From assembly GCA_963801125.1 (NCBI GenBank), contig CAWDDL010000014.1, positions 1,209 through 65,208 on the forward strand: DNA of 64,000 nucleotides, given 5' to 3'. The stretch is from an uncultured Actinomycetota bacterium (GTDB lineage: Bacteria > Actinomycetota > Actinomycetes > Propionibacteriales > Nocardioidaceae). The notes beneath the pieces are model-generated. The model saw only the letters and a program-made list of their open reading frames with translations. It made no database searches and was not told the DNA's origin. Positions 8,523 to 18,877 of this stretch are shown here, piece by piece. How positions within the stretch are numbered: the first letter of the stretch is position 1; every line of letters starts with the position of its first letter. Both the position numbers and the translations under genes were made by a program.

Positions 8523-10028
8523 CTAGAGCCCTCCCAGGAACGTGCGCGCCGCGTCAGCGACGGGGGTCAGCAGCAGCCCGGGCACCACCCCGAGCACCAG
8601 GGTCAGCACGACCAGCGGCGACCAGACCAGCCACTCCGTGGTGGTGGCGTCGCGGACCGGACCGGCGAGTGCCTGCGGCTCGACGGCCTCCGCCTGGAGC
8701 ATCGAGCGCAGCAGGGCGAGGAAGTACGCCGAGGTCAAGATCACCCCGAACGCCGCGATCACCGCCAGCACCGCGAACGTCGCGCGCGGCAGGTCCGCGG
8801 CCGGGAACACCGCCGAGCGGATCGCCAGCATCTCGCCCCAGAAGCCGGCCAGCCCGGGCAGCCCGAGCGAGGCCAGCGCCGCGAATGCGAACACCCCGGC
8901 CGTCCTCGGGGCGCCGCCGTAGAGCCGGCCGAGCCGGGTCAGGTCGCCGGTGCCGTAGCGGTCCTTGATCGCCCCGGCCAGGAAGAACAGCAGCCCGGTG
9001 ATCAGGCCGTGGGCGACGCTGGCGTAGACGGCCGCCTGCACACCGCCGACGGTGAACGTGGTGACCGCGAGCACCACGAAGCCCATGTGACCCACGCTCG
9101 AGTAGGCGATCAGCCGCTTCAAGTCGTTCTGCGCCAGGCACGCGAGCGCGGCGTACACGATCCCGACCACGGCGAGCGCCGCGACGAACGGCACCAGCGT
9201 CTCCCATCGCGGGTCGACGACCGGCATCCAGAACCGCACGAACCCGTAGGTGCCCAGCTTCAGCAGCACCGCCGCCAGCACCACGGACCCGACGGTCGGC
9301 GCCTTGGAGTGCGCGTCGGGCAGCCAGATGTGCAGCGGCCACAGTGGTGTCTTCACCGCAAGGCCGAGCGCGACGAGGACTGCGCCGGCGACCGCCGTCG
9401 AGCCCGACGGGGAGTACGACGCCGCGACCTGCACGATGTCGAAGGTGCCGGCCACCGAGCGCACCAGCACGAACCCGACCAGCATCAGCGCTGAGCCGAG
9501 CACGGTGAAGACCAGGAACCGGGTCGCCGCCTTCCGCCGGCCCTCCGGGTCGTGGGCGTCGCCCCACTGCTGGATCACGAACCACATCGGGATCAGCGCG
9601 ACCTCGAAGAACGCGAAGAACAGCACCATGTCCAGGGCCAGGAAGCAGCCGAGCACGCCGGTCTCGATGAGCAGCAGCAGCGCCGCCAGGTGCGCACGGC
9701 TCCCGCCCTCGGGGGCGTGCCGCAGCAGCGACAGCAGGCAGCAGGCGACCACCAGCGTGGTCATCAGTACCAGGGGCGCGGAGATGCCGTCGAGGCCGAG
9801 GTGCCAGTGCACGCCGAGCTCCGCGAACCAGACCCGGTCGACCCCGTCTGCCAGGCCGGTGGCGGAGACCGCGGCCCAGACCGACCAGCCCGCGACAACG
9901 AGGCCGCCGAGCGCGGCGCCCCCGACGGCGAGCGCGTCGGCCCGCCGGTAAGACGCCGCCCAGGTGAGCAGCACGAACAACGCGGGGACCGCGACGAGCC
10001 CGTCGAGCAGCACCTCCTCGATCCTCAT
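8523..10028 (-). CDS. nuoM: NADH-quinone oxidoreductase subunit M
   Basis: 501 aa antiporter-like subunit (…LWPLHIWLPDAHSKAPTVGSVVLAAVLLKLGTYG…). Confidence 0.9.
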   Translation of the reverse strand: MRIEEVLLDGLVAVPALFVLLTWAASYRRADALAVGGAALGGLVVAGWSVWAAVSATGLADGVDRVWFAELGVHWHLGLDGISAPLVLMTTLVVACCLLSLLRHAPEGGSRAHLAALLLLIETGVLGCFLALDMVLFFAFFEVALIPMWFVIQQWGDAHDPEGRRKAATRFLVFTVLGSALMLVGFVLVRSVAGTFDIVQVAASYSPSGSTAVAGAVLVALGLAVKTPLWPLHIWLPDAHSKAPTVGSVVLAAVLLKLGTYGFVRFWMPVVDPRWETLVPFVAALAVVGIVYAALACLAQNDLKRLIAYSSVGHMGFVVLAVTTFTVGGVQAAVYASVAHGLITGLLFFLAGAIKDRYGTGDLTRLGRLYGGAPRTAGVFAFAALASLGLPGLAGFWGEMLAIRSAVFPAADLPRATFAVLAVIAAFGVILTSAYFLALLRSMLQAEAVEPQALAGPVRDATTTEWLVWSPLVVLTLVLGVVPGLLLTPVADAARTFLGGL

Positions 10029-11935
10029 GCCATCACCCCCGCGGCGACGGCCAGCGCCGCTGCACCGACCACGACCACCATCAGGTAGGTCTGCACGTTG
10101 CCGGTCTGCGCCAGCCGCAGCAGCCTGCCGATGCCGCGGACCGCGGCTCCGGAGCCGAGCACGTAGGACTCGACGACGTCCCGGTCACCCGCGCGGACGA
10201 CGAGCGACATCCGACGCACGGGCCGGACCAGGCCGGCGTCGTACAACCGGTCCACGGGCGGGTGCGGGAGCACGACACGCGGCCACATCGCCCGCCCGTG
10301 CCGCCGCCACAGCACCAGGACCACCACGGCGACGACCGCGACGAGCAGCGTCATCCCGGCGGACTCGGCGAGGTGGAACAGCTCGTCGTCGTGCTCGGAC
10401 CCGAGAAGCGCGGCCGGGTAGGCGACCATCAGCCCGCCGAAGGCCGTCGGGATCGCGAGCAGGAACAGCGGCACCCGCATCGACGCCGGCGACTCGTGCA
10501 CCACCGGGGCGACCGGCCGGTCGAGCTCCGGCTCCTGCGGACCCGCGTCGCCCGGGTGGTCGAGGTTCTCGGCGGCGAGGTCGGCGCCGGCGTACAGGGG
10601 CTCTCCGAAGAACACCAGCAGCCACGCGCGCAGCGAGTACGCCACGGTGAGCAGCGCGGTGAGCACCATCGACGCGAGCAGCAGCCAGGCCACCCACGGC
10701 CACACCAGCCGGCCGTCCACGGCGTCGGCGGCGCCGGCGATCACGGCGTCCTTGGTGAAGAAGCCGACGAGCGGCACGACCCCCGCGAGCGCCGCGAACC
10801 CGACCGTCATGGTCACGAACGTGTCGGGCAGCTTCTCCCGCAACCCGCCCATCCGGTCCATCGACGTGGCGCCGCCGACGGCGTGCACCACCGACCCGGC
10901 CGCGAGGAACAGCAGCGCCTTGAACGCACCGTGCGCCAGCAGGTGCAGCACGCCGGCCGACCAGGCGCCGACGGCGAGCGCGCCGAACATGTACGCGAGC
11001 TGGCTCACCGTCGACCAGGCCAGCACCCGCTTGAGGTCGTCGGTGGTCAGCGCGGAGAGCGCCGCGAGGAACATCGTCACCGCGGCGACCAGCGCGAGCA
11101 GGGTCAGCGCCGCCGGCGACGACAGGAACAGCGGGTAGAGGCGGGCCACCAGGAACACACCGGCCGCCACCATGGTCGCCGCGTGGATCAACGCGGAGAT
11201 CGGGGTCGGGCCGGGCATCGCGTCGGGAAGCCAGGTGTGGAAGGGGAACTGCGCCGACTTGCCCATCACCGCGACCGCCACGAGGACCGCCGGGAGCCAC
11301 AGCTTGTCGCGGCCCAGCGACTGGTCGGTGATCGCCTGCATCAGCGTGCTGATCCGGTAGGAACCGAACCGGTCGCCGAGCAGGAAGATCGCGAACAGCA
11401 GCCCGAGGTCGGCGGTGCGCGTCATCAGGAACGCCTTGACCGCACCTGCGCGGGCCACGCCGAGCTCCCAGTGGTGCGAGATCAAGAAGTAGGAGCAGGC
11501 GCCCATCAGCTCCCAGCCGACGAGCAGCATCCACAGGTCGTCAGCGACGACGACGGTGCTCATCGCGCCGGTGAAGACCGAGACGAGCGCGGCGTACGAC
11601 GGGTACCGGGGGTCACCGTGCAGGTAGCCCAACGAGTACACCTGCACCAGGAACGCCACCGTCGCGGCGAGGACCAGCAGCACCGCCGAGAGCGGGTCGA
11701 CACGGACGGCCAGCTCGATCGGCGGCCCGGCCGCCGAGGTGCTCGCATAGACGTGTCGGAGCGGCGCAGCGTCACCGAGGTGCGCGAACGCCACCACCAG
11801 CGACATCGCCAGGCCGAGCGCGGATCCCCCCACGGCGATGCCGCGCCCCGCGATGTCGGGGTGGTGCCCGGTGAGCAGGATCGTGCCGGCGGACGCGAAC
11901 GGCACCACCAGCAGGACCAGCACGAGCCAGCTCAC
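10025..11935 (-). CDS. nuoL: NADH-quinone oxidoreductase subunit L
   Basis: 636 aa (…[33 protein letters not shown]…). GTGA overlap with nuoK. Confidence 0.9.
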   Translation of the reverse strand: MSWLVLVLLVVPFASAGTILLTGHHPDIAGRGIAVGGSALGLAMSLVVAFAHLGDAAPLRHVYASTSAAGPPIELAVRVDPLSAVLLVLAATVAFLVQVYSLGYLHGDPRYPSYAALVSVFTGAMSTVVVADDLWMLLVGWELMGACSYFLISHHWELGVARAGAVKAFLMTRTADLGLLFAIFLLGDRFGSYRISTLMQAITDQSLGRDKLWLPAVLVAVAVMGKSAQFPFHTWLPDAMPGPTPISALIHAATMVAAGVFLVARLYPLFLSSPAALTLLALVAAVTMFLAALSALTTDDLKRVLAWSTVSQLAYMFGALAVGAWSAGVLHLLAHGAFKALLFLAAGSVVHAVGGATSMDRMGGLREKLPDTFVTMTVGFAALAGVVPLVGFFTKDAVIAGAADAVDGRLVWPWVAWLLLASMVLTALLTVAYSLRAWLLVFFGEPLYAGADLAAENLDHPGDAGPQEPELDRPVAPVVHESPASMRVPLFLLAIPTAFGGLMVAYPAALLGSEHDDELFHLAESAGMTLLVAVVAVVVLVLWRRHGRAMWPRVVLPHPPVDRLYDAGLVRPVRRMSLVVRAGDRDVVESYVLGSGAAVRGIGRLLRLAQTGNVQTYLMVVVVGAAALAVAAGVMA

Positions 11936-12273
11936 GACGCCCCCCGGTGGTCGAGCTCGTCGAGATCCCGGTCGGCCAGCTCACGCAGCTGCGCGACCTC
12001 GATGTGCCCGTGGGTGCGGAAAACCAGCAGCACGATCGCGAGCGCGAGGCCGATCTCGGCCGCGCCGATCACGATCGTGAACAGCGCCAGGGTCTGCCCG
12101 GCGTGGAGCACGTCTCGCAACGACGCGTCGAACGCCACCAGGTTGATGTTGACCGCGTTGAGCATCAGCTCCACGCCCATCAGCACCAGCACGGCGTTGC
12201 GCCGGGCGAGCACGCCGTAGACCCCGATCGCGAACAGCAGGCTAGCCAGCACGAGCGGCCACCACAGCGGCAT
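11932..12273 (-). CDS. nuoK: NADH-quinone oxidoreductase subunit K
   Basis: 113 aa from the internal ATG of ORF 11932..12729 ([48 protein letters not shown]…). ATGA overlap with nuoJ. Confidence 0.9.
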   Translation of the reverse strand: MPLWWPLVLASLLFAIGVYGVLARRNAVLVLMGVELMLNAVNINLVAFDASLRDVLHAGQTLALFTIVIGAAEIGLALAIVLLVFRTHGHIEVAQLRELADRDLDELDHRGAS

Positions 12274-12830
12274 CAGGCGCCCCCGTCCCCGCGGTCGAGC
12301 GCCTCCGGTCGTTCGCCCTCGTCGAGGCCCGAACGCAGCCGGGACAGCACGATCGCCCCGACGAGTGCTGCGAGCAGCAGCACGCTGAGCACCTCGAACG
12401 GCAGCACCCACTGGGAGAAGATCGTGTCGCCGGTGACCTCGGCCGTGCCGACCGCGAGCTGGTCGCGCTCGAGCCGGACGTCGCGGAAGCCCGCGACGAC
12501 CGTGACGCAGAGCAGCACCGCGACGAGCCCGGCGGCCACCGCTGCGGGAACCGCGCGGGCGACGGTCAGGTCCGGCTGCGGCCCCGTCGGCGCCTTGGTG
12601 AGCATCAGCGCGAAGAGCAGCAGCACGACGACCGCGCCCACGTAGATGAGCACCTGCACCCAGGCCACGAACTCGGCGGCGAGCACGAGGTAGACCCCGG
12701 CGACCGAGCCGAGCGTGACGACGAGCCACAGCGCCGCGTGGACCAGGTTGCGGGTGGTGACCACGAGCAGCGCCGAGCCCACAGCCAGCACGCTGAGCAC
12801 CAGGAAGATCGCCTGCACCGAGCTAGGCAT
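12273..12830 (-). CDS. nuoJ: NADH-quinone oxidoreductase subunit J
   Basis: 185 aa membrane protein, assigned by its position and size in the nuo order. Confidence 0.85.
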   Translation of the reverse strand: MPSSVQAIFLVLSVLAVGSALLVVTTRNLVHAALWLVVTLGSVAGVYLVLAAEFVAWVQVLIYVGAVVVLLLFALMLTKAPTGPQPDLTVARAVPAAVAAGLVAVLLCVTVVAGFRDVRLERDQLAVGTAEVTGDTIFSQWVLPFEVLSVLLLAALVGAIVLSRLRSGLDEGERPEALDRGDGGA

Positions 12831-13419
12831 CGGCGCCGTCCCCGGGACCGGGAGCGGGCTCCGTCTGCGACGGCCGGGCGGCCGACCGGGGCGGGGCTTG
12901 CTGCGCCCCGGCCCGCTCGACGGCCTTCTCGGCCATCGAGATCTCCTTGGCCGGCTCGGCCCGCTCGTCGAGGGCGGCCGGCGCGGGGACGGTCCACATC
13001 CACTCGCGCAGCCGGTCCTTCTCGTGGGTCAGCTCGCGGATGTCGAGCTCGGCGTACTCGAACTCCGGGCTCCAGTGCAGGGCGTCGAACGGACACACCT
13101 CGACGCAGATCGAGCAGTACATGCAGATCGAGAAGTCGATAGCGAACCGGTCCAGGACGTTGCGGGTCTTGTCCTTGCCGCCCTCGGTGGTGGCGGGGAT
13201 GACGTCCTTGTGCGAGTCGATGTAGATGCACCAGGCCGGGCACTCCCGCGCGCACAGCATGCAGGAGGTGCAGTTCTCCTCGATCAGCGCGATCACGCCG
13301 CGCGAGCGGGGCGGCAGCTTCGGCTGCGAGTCCGGGTAGTGCGCGGTGACCGAGCGCCGGGTGAGCTGGCGCATCGTCACTGCCAGTCCCTTGGCCAGGC
13401 CGGATCCGGGGAGCCTCAT
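12823..13419 (-). CDS. nuoI: NADH-quinone oxidoreductase subunit I (2x[4Fe-4S] ferredoxin), with an acidic/Pro-rich C-terminal extension
   Basis: Starts at the internal ATG 13419 of ORF 12823..13848. Two CxxCxxCxxxCP motifs are present ([24 protein letters not shown]). The tail of about 55 aa, [12 protein letters not shown]...PGPGDGADA, is not part of the canonical fold. Confidence 0.9.
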   Translation of the reverse strand: MRLPGSGLAKGLAVTMRQLTRRSVTAHYPDSQPKLPPRSRGVIALIEENCTSCMLCARECPAWCIYIDSHKDVIPATTEGGKDKTRNVLDRFAIDFSICMYCSICVEVCPFDALHWSPEFEYAELDIRELTHEKDRLREWMWTVPAPAALDERAEPAKEISMAEKAVERAGAQQAPPRSAARPSQTEPAPGPGDGADA

Positions 13420-14375
13420 TGCAGGACCACCACTCCGACCGCGGTGATCACGAGCTGCAGCAGGGCGAGCGGGACCAGGCCCTGCCAGGCGAACCGCTGC
13501 AGCTGGTCCTCGCGCAGCCGCGGGTAGGCGACCCGGAGCCAGACCACGACGAACGCCACGGCCAGCATCTTCACCAGCGTCCAGATCCAGCCGATCTGGT
13601 CCTCCCAGGGTCCGTGCCAGCCGCCGAGGAACAGCACCGCCGTCAGCGCGGCCAGCACCACGATGCCGGCGTACTCGGCAAGGATGAACAGCGCGAACCG
13701 CAGCCCGCCGTACTCCGTGTACGGCCCGAACACGATCTCCGAGTCGGCCACCGGCATGTCGAACGGCGGCCGCTGGACCTCGGCGAGACCGCTGGTGAAG
13801 AACACGAACCCAGCGATCCCCTGCCACAGCAGCCACCACGGGTTCCACGCCTCGACGATCCCGGTCAGCGACAGGGTCCCGGCGGCCATCGCGACCGACG
13901 CCGCGGCGAGGACGAACGGCAGCTCGTAGGCCATCAGCTGGGCCGCCACCCGGATGCCGCCGAGCAGGCTGAACTTGTTGGCGCTCGACCAGCCCCCCAT
14001 CAGGCTGCCGATCACGCCGACACCCATCACCGCGATCACGAAGAACAGCCCGATGCCGAGGTCCTCCCCGACGATCCCGGGCCCGAGTGGGATCACCAGC
14101 ATCGCGACGAGGTAGGGCAGCAGCGCGACGGCCGGCGCGATCTTGAACACCATCCGGTCCGCCGCAGCCGGGACCACGTCCTCCTTCTGCACGAACTTCA
14201 CGCCGTCGGCGACGAGCTGCGCCCAGCCATGGAAAGCGCCGGCGTACATCGGTCCGACGCGGCCCTGCATGTGCGCCATCGCCTTGTGCTCGATCTGCCC
14301 CACGAGCAGCGGCACGACGAGGAACGCGGCCAGCACGACGGCCAGCCGCAGCGCGAGCTCGAGGCCGTCACTCAT
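13416..14375 (-). CDS. nuoH: NADH-quinone oxidoreductase subunit H
   Basis: 319 aa (…[34 protein letters not shown]…). Confidence 0.9.
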   Translation of the reverse strand: MSDGLELALRLAVVLAAFLVVPLLVGQIEHKAMAHMQGRVGPMYAGAFHGWAQLVADGVKFVQKEDVVPAAADRMVFKIAPAVALLPYLVAMLVIPLGPGIVGEDLGIGLFFVIAVMGVGVIGSLMGGWSSANKFSLLGGIRVAAQLMAYELPFVLAAASVAMAAGTLSLTGIVEAWNPWWLLWQGIAGFVFFTSGLAEVQRPPFDMPVADSEIVFGPYTEYGGLRFALFILAEYAGIVVLAALTAVLFLGGWHGPWEDQIGWIWTLVKMLAVAFVVVWLRVAYPRLREDQLQRFAWQGLVPLALLQLVITAVGVVVLQ

Positions 14376-15024
14376 CGCGCTGCTCCGGCCCGGCGGCTGG
14401 TTCCTGCTCGGCGACCTGCTCGGCGACCGGGCGCGGCCCCCACTCCTCGGGAGTGGGCACGCCGGGCGGGCGGGTGCGTCTGCGTCCGGGCGCGGCCGCC
14501 GACGGCTCGTGGTCGGACTCGCCGGGCTCCTTCGCGCCGGGCCACGACTTCGCCACCCGGCTCGCCAGCACGAACTCCTTGCGCAGCGGGTGTCCCTCGA
14601 ACTGCTCGGGCAGCAGCAGCTTGTCGAGGACGAGCACTTCGCCGCCGGCGGTGAAGTCCACGCCGAACATCTCGTGGGTCTCGCGCTCGTGCCACCGGGC
14701 GCCGGCGTACACCTCGACGGCAGTGGCCAGCACCGGCGCGTCTCGCGGCACCAGCGTTCGCACGATCAGGTGGTCGACGCCACGGGGTCGGTACGCGGCG
14801 ACGTGGCAGACCACCCGGAAGCCCTGGTCCTCCTCGTCCACCGCGGTGAGGAAGTCGAAGTAGGAACAGTCGAGCCCGTCGCGGGCGAGCGCGAGCGCCG
14901 CCGTCCAGCTTTCCGCGGGCACGTCGACCGAGATCGGCCCGAAGCCGTCCTCGACCGTGGCGGCGTCCTCGAAGTCGTCGGCGAACGCGGCCCGCACCCG
15001 GCCCGGCCAGTGGGTGTCGCTCAC
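14368..15024 (-). CDS. nuoC: NADH-quinone oxidoreductase subunit C (30-kDa subunit family) with a Pro/Glu-rich C-terminal tail
   Basis: 218 aa from GTG 15024, which forms a GTGA overlap with the nuoB stop. It carries a NuoC-type signature, [16 protein letters not shown]...GHPLRKEF. Its stop overlaps the nuoH start by 8 nt, which leaves no room for nuoD/E/F/G. Confidence 0.8.
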   Translation of the reverse strand: MSDTHWPGRVRAAFADDFEDAATVEDGFGPISVDVPAESWTAALALARDGLDCSYFDFLTAVDEEDQGFRVVCHVAAYRPRGVDHLIVRTLVPRDAPVLATAVEVYAGARWHERETHEMFGVDFTAGGEVLVLDKLLLPEQFEGHPLRKEFVLASRVAKSWPGAKEPGESDHEPSAAAPGRRRTRPPGVPTPEEWGPRPVAEQVAEQEPAAGPEQRDE

Positions 15025-15656
15025 AGCACCAGCCCGCCGATCGGGTCGACCTCGGGCTGCTGGCCCTCCGCCGGCGGAAGCATGATCCCGCGTCGCACCG
15101 AGGCCGCGTCGGTGGCCCGGTAGCGCTCCTTGAGCGACTCGCCGTCGATCTTCTCCTGCAGCTTGAGGATCCCCTGCAGCAGCGCCTCGGGTCGCGGCGG
15201 GCAGCCCGGCACGTAGACGTCGACCGGGATGATCTGGTCCACGCCCTTGGTGACGCAGTAGGAGTCCCAGTAGGGGCCTCCGGAGTTGGCGCAGGAGCCG
15301 AACGAGATCACGTACTTCGGGTCCGGCATCTGCTCGTAGAGGCGCTTGATCGCAGGCGCCATCTTGTCGGTGACCGTGCCGGAGACCACCATGAGGTCGG
15401 CCTGGCGAGGTCCCGGTGCGAACGGGATCACGCCGAGCCGGATGAAGTCGTGGCGGGCCATCGAGGTGGCGATGAACTCGATCGCGCAGCAGGCCAGGCC
15501 GAAGTTGAACACCCACAGGGAATACTTGCGGCCCCAGTTGAGCAGGTAGCGCGCCGGCTTCGGCGCCAGCTTCTGCAGCGGCCCGATCGACGGCATCCCC
15601 AGATCCGGGGGTTGAGGAGGCCGAGCCTGCGAGGCCGTCTCGAAACCTACGTCCAC
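15021..15656 (-). CDS. nuoB: NADH-quinone oxidoreductase subunit B (start uncertain: GTG 15656 or ATG 15596)
   Basis: It has the N2-cluster ligand pattern ([10 protein letters not shown] ... [12 protein letters not shown] ... VPGCPPRPE). AAGGGGG lies 7 nt before GTG 15656. Confidence 0.85.
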   Translation of the reverse strand: MDVGFETASQARPPQPPDLGMPSIGPLQKLAPKPARYLLNWGRKYSLWVFNFGLACCAIEFIATSMARHDFIRLGVIPFAPGPRQADLMVVSGTVTDKMAPAIKRLYEQMPDPKYVISFGSCANSGGPYWDSYCVTKGVDQIIPVDVYVPGCPPRPEALLQGILKLQEKIDGESLKERYRATDAASVRRGIMLPPAEGQQPEVDPIGGLVL

Positions 15657-16027
15657 ACCAGCACCCCCTTGCGCCAGGCGTAGACGAGCCCGACCGCGAT
15701 GAAGCCGACGAAGACGCCCATCTCCGCGACGCTCACCCAGCCGAGGCCCGCGAACACCGTCGCCCACGGGAACAGGAACACCGCGTCGACGGCGAAGATC
15801 ACGTAGAGGTAGGCGTAGACGTAGTAGCGCACGTGTGTCTGCGCCCACCCCTCGCCGACAGGATCGACCCCGCACTCGTAGGTGAGCAGCTTCTGGGCCG
15901 TGGGCGACGACGGCCGCAGCAGCCAGTTGCCGCCGAACATCGCCCCGACGAGCAGCACGCCGACGACGACAATCGTCACCAGCGGGGCGTACGCCCCGTA
16001 GTAGTCAGCGCCCACGATGTCGACCAC
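15647..16027 (-). CDS. nuoA: NADH-quinone oxidoreductase subunit A
   Basis: 126 aa with 3 TM segments (…[40 protein letters not shown]…). Confidence 0.9.
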   Translation of the reverse strand: MVDIVGADYYGAYAPLVTIVVVGVLLVGAMFGGNWLLRPSSPTAQKLLTYECGVDPVGEGWAQTHVRYYVYAYLYVIFAVDAVFLFPWATVFAGLGWVSVAEMGVFVGFIAVGLVYAWRKGVLVWT

Positions 16028-16070
16028 GCCCCCACTCTAGGGAACCTGCGCCGTCACCGCAGGCGCCCTC

Positions 16071-16086
16071 GCCGGACCGGTCCGGC
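16071..16086. repeat. Perfect 16-bp palindrome GCCGGACCGGTCCGGC in the 58-nt spacer between the GH81 stop and the nuoA start (possible terminator stem or operator)
   Basis: Read directly from the sequence. It abuts the TAG stop of the GH81 gene (16086-16088 on the + strand). A second short inverted repeat, CCTGCG..CGCAGG, lies at about 16045-16063. Confidence 0.5.
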
Positions 16087-18152
16087 TACTTCCCCCGGGC
16101 GTGCACCAGGAGCCAGGCCAGCAGGTAGCTTCGGGTGTCGCCGTCGTCGATCGACGAGTCGGGCAGGCCGCGCCCGATCTTCAAGGCCCGCTGGGGATCG
16201 GCGGTCGCGAGGTACATCGCGAGATAGTCCCCGAACGGTACGTCGAAACCGTCCGGCGTCGCGTCGGCGACGTTCGCCCGCACCCGGCTCGGAGTGGCCG
16301 CGACCGCGTCGAACACGGGCGGGGCCGGGATCACCTGGATGCCCAGGATCGCCGAGGGGTCCGCGCTGAACCAGGTGGCCCAGTCACGCTTGCCGCCCCA
16401 GTTGAGCGAGAAGAAGGGGTGGCCGAAGGCGTCCGGCCGCTGCTGCGGCTCGAGCCAGTAGGCCCGGGCCGACGCCGCCTCCAGGCTGAGCTGCCAGGTG
16501 GCCTGGCGCGCGAGGTCCCGCCGGCCGTCGAGGCGGGCCCAGAGCGCCAGTCCGTTCCACGCGTTCACCGCCTCGGAGCTGGACTCCTGGTTGTTCCCGT
16601 CCGCGAACGGGGAGACTCCCGAGGCCCACGAGTGGCCGGCGTAGGGGTCGAAGGTGCGCAGCGCGGGCAGGTCGCGGTTGCCCGCGGGTGCGGCGATGTC
16701 CTCGCTGAGGGCTGAAAGGACGGGCTGCCACCGGTCCACGAGGTCCGGGTGTCCCTCGCCGAGCAGGGCGGCCGCAGCCAGGAAGTACCCGTAGTGGAAG
16801 TGGTGGTCGTTGAACTCGTCCGCTCCGAACGATGCCTCGCGTCCCACGACGCCGCGGAACCCGGTGTCGTAGTAGAAGCAGCGCGTCTGGGACGCCGGAC
16901 ATTTGCCGGAGCTCGTCAGCCACTCGTCCAGCTGCTTCGTCGCGTAGTCGCGGAGATCTGCGGCGGCCTTGTCGGCGCCGCTCGCCTCGGCGAGCCGCGT
17001 GAGCTGCGCGATCCGGTACAGCGCCTTGCCGCCGAAGTAGGTGTCGGTGGGCAGAGCCGGGCCGGCGAGCTCGACCGACGCGTCCTTGCGCACCTGGTCG
17101 CGCAGCTCGGCGCGGTCGGCGTCGGACAGGCCGGACAGCTTCAGCGTGCCGTCGGGTCGCACCCGCGGCACCGAGGAGGTGACCGAGCGGCCGGAGTACA
17201 GCTTCTGCGGGCCGTAGACCGAGGTCATCGCGCCGACGGCGTTGCTGGGGTGCCGCACCTGCTGGTGCGGCATCGAGGCCAGCACGGTGGGGCGGTGGCC
17301 CCGGGTGCGGTAGGTGAGCCGGGTGAGCGCCGTGTCACCGCTGAGCTTGCGACGGACGGTGACTCCGCGGATCGGGACGGCGCCCTTGGCGAGGACCCGG
17401 GCGGTGCGATGGTCCGGCCCGGCGAACAGCAGCAGGCTCTCACCGGCCCGGAGCCTCAGCGAGGCGTTCGAGGAGGAGACGCTGCGGCGTGACCCGTCGC
17501 GGTGCGTGACGGCCACGCCGTACGTCGTGCCGTCGACGTCCTGTGCGAGCCAGCGCCCGTGGCCCCGGGGCCGGAGGTCGGCCGGCAACGTGACGGTCTG
17601 GTCGCGGACCGCGGTGTAGCCGGCGTACGGCCAGCCCTCGGCGATCGTGAGCTTCCCGCGACGCTGGCCGGAGGAGGTGAACGCCGACGTCACCGAGACC
17701 GGGTCGGCCCGCAGCGCCTCGAAGCCGTCGGTCGGCAGGCCGACGCGCAGCTCCGGGGCGAAGGGACCGCTCACCGTGGCGTCGCTCGCGGAGACCTTGG
17801 GCAGCCCCACGGCGAGTCCGTCCGGGGCGGCCTGCATCGCGAGCGGGAGAGCGAAGACGGGCTGCGGGGTGTCTCCGAAGAACATGCCGGAGTACCAGCG
17901 GTTCGTGGGAGGGGGCAGCCCGTCGACGGCGCGCACCTTCGGGGGCGCGCCCCGGTGGTGGGGCAGCGAGACAGCCGCCGGGTCCCACCCGTCCGGCGCC
18001 TGCCCACCGACGCGGGACCAGCCGCCCGCGGCCGGCTGCGGGTCGTCGTGCGGCTGCTGGGCGGGCATGAGGAGGCCCACCGCGGCGATGACCGTCGCGG
18101 TGGCGACCACGACGACCGCGAGGCCGGTCAGTTGTGCTCGGCGGGTACCCAT
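16086..18152 (-). CDS. Membrane-anchored glycoside hydrolase family 81 (endo-beta-1,3-glucanase-like)
   Basis: 688 aa. It has an N-terminal signal-anchor (LTGLAVVVVATATVIAAVGLL). It also has GH81-type blocks: FNDHHFHYGYFLAAAALL, AGHSWASGVSPFADGNNQESSSEAVNAWNG. Confidence 0.8.
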   Translation of the reverse strand: MGTRRAQLTGLAVVVVATATVIAAVGLLMPAQQPHDDPQPAAGGWSRVGGQAPDGWDPAAVSLPHHRGAPPKVRAVDGLPPPTNRWYSGMFFGDTPQPVFALPLAMQAAPDGLAVGLPKVSASDATVSGPFAPELRVGLPTDGFEALRADPVSVTSAFTSSGQRRGKLTIAEGWPYAGYTAVRDQTVTLPADLRPRGHGRWLAQDVDGTTYGVAVTHRDGSRRSVSSSNASLRLRAGESLLLFAGPDHRTARVLAKGAVPIRGVTVRRKLSGDTALTRLTYRTRGHRPTVLASMPHQQVRHPSNAVGAMTSVYGPQKLYSGRSVTSSVPRVRPDGTLKLSGLSDADRAELRDQVRKDASVELAGPALPTDTYFGGKALYRIAQLTRLAEASGADKAAADLRDYATKQLDEWLTSSGKCPASQTRCFYYDTGFRGVVGREASFGADEFNDHHFHYGYFLAAAALLGEGHPDLVDRWQPVLSALSEDIAAPAGNRDLPALRTFDPYAGHSWASGVSPFADGNNQESSSEAVNAWNGLALWARLDGRRDLARQATWQLSLEAASARAYWLEPQQRPDAFGHPFFSLNWGGKRDWATWFSADPSAILGIQVIPAPPVFDAVAATPSRVRANVADATPDGFDVPFGDYLAMYLATADPQRALKIGRGLPDSSIDDGDTRSYLLAWLLVHARGK

Positions 18153-18877
18153 CAGGCATCACCGCTCGGGGTGAACAGCCCGCGCACGGCGGCCCTGACC
18201 GATTGCACCAGACCGTCCTTGCGCAGGCGGACCTGGACGTCCACCGGAGTGCCGGTCGCGAACAGGCCCCGGTTGTTCAGCTGCGGCGCTTCGGCGCGCA
18301 GCCGGGTCTCGGCCTGCTCCCCGCTGGTGCGCACGCTCACCTGGGTGATCCGCGCGTCGAGCTTTCGCTGGTTCGGCAAGGTGATGGTGGCGTGGTCGAC
18401 GCGTCGCATCAGCGCGTACTCCTTCGGGGTGAGCCGGAAGTCGGCCTGCACGAAGCCGCTCCCCTGCACCTGGACGCGGGCCAGGGTCGTGTTCGCGGTC
18501 ACGAACGCTCCTTGGAGGGGGCGGGCCGCGACCACCTTCCCGGCTGAGGTGGCGCGGAGGATCAGCTTGTTGTCGTCCCGAATGTCGAACGGGGACTTCT
18601 TCGGGTCGACGGCATCGTTCGCGATGTCGCGGGCCAGCTGGTTGCTCTTCACCACGAACATCTCGTCCCCGGCGTCCACCTCGTCGCCGACATCGACGAA
18701 GTGACCCACGACGACGCCGCTGTACGCGGTGCCGACCTTGTACTCCTGGGACTTCACGGTGGCGCTGACGTCCTGGACCGTGCTGATCCGGGTGTTCATG
18801 TAGAGGGTGAGCGCTGCCACTGCCCCGGCGACCGCAAGGACGCCGAGGAGGTACTTGATTCGGGTCAGGAAGTTCAT
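18152..18877 (-). CDS. HlyD-like membrane-fusion / periplasmic-adaptor-type protein (single N-terminal TM, barrel-sandwich domain, no long coiled coil)
   Basis: 241 aa from the internal ATG 18877 of ORF 18152..19228. It has a TM segment (IKYLLGVLAVAGAVAALTLY) and a lipoyl-like hairpin (GVVVGHFVDVGDEVDAGDEMFVV). ATGA overlaps join it to both neighbours. Confidence 0.65.
   Translation of the reverse strand: MNFLTRIKYLLGVLAVAGAVAALTLYMNTRISTVQDVSATVKSQEYKVGTAYSGVVVGHFVDVGDEVDAGDEMFVVKSNQLARDIANDAVDPKKSPFDIRDDNKLILRATSAGKVVAARPLQGAFVTANTTLARVQVQGSGFVQADFRLTPKEYALMRRVDHATITLPNQRKLDARITQVSVRTSGEQAETRLRAEAPQLNNRGLFATGTPVDVQVRLRKDGLVQSVRAAVRGLFTPSGDA

Noticed and set aside
15025-15516. N-terminal 164 codons of ORF 14368..15516, considered as a possible hidden NuoD or an extended NuoC
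   Set aside because: This part overlaps the nuoB coding sequence in another frame and translates to R/P/G-rich sequence. The NuoC-like sequence only starts at GTG 15024.
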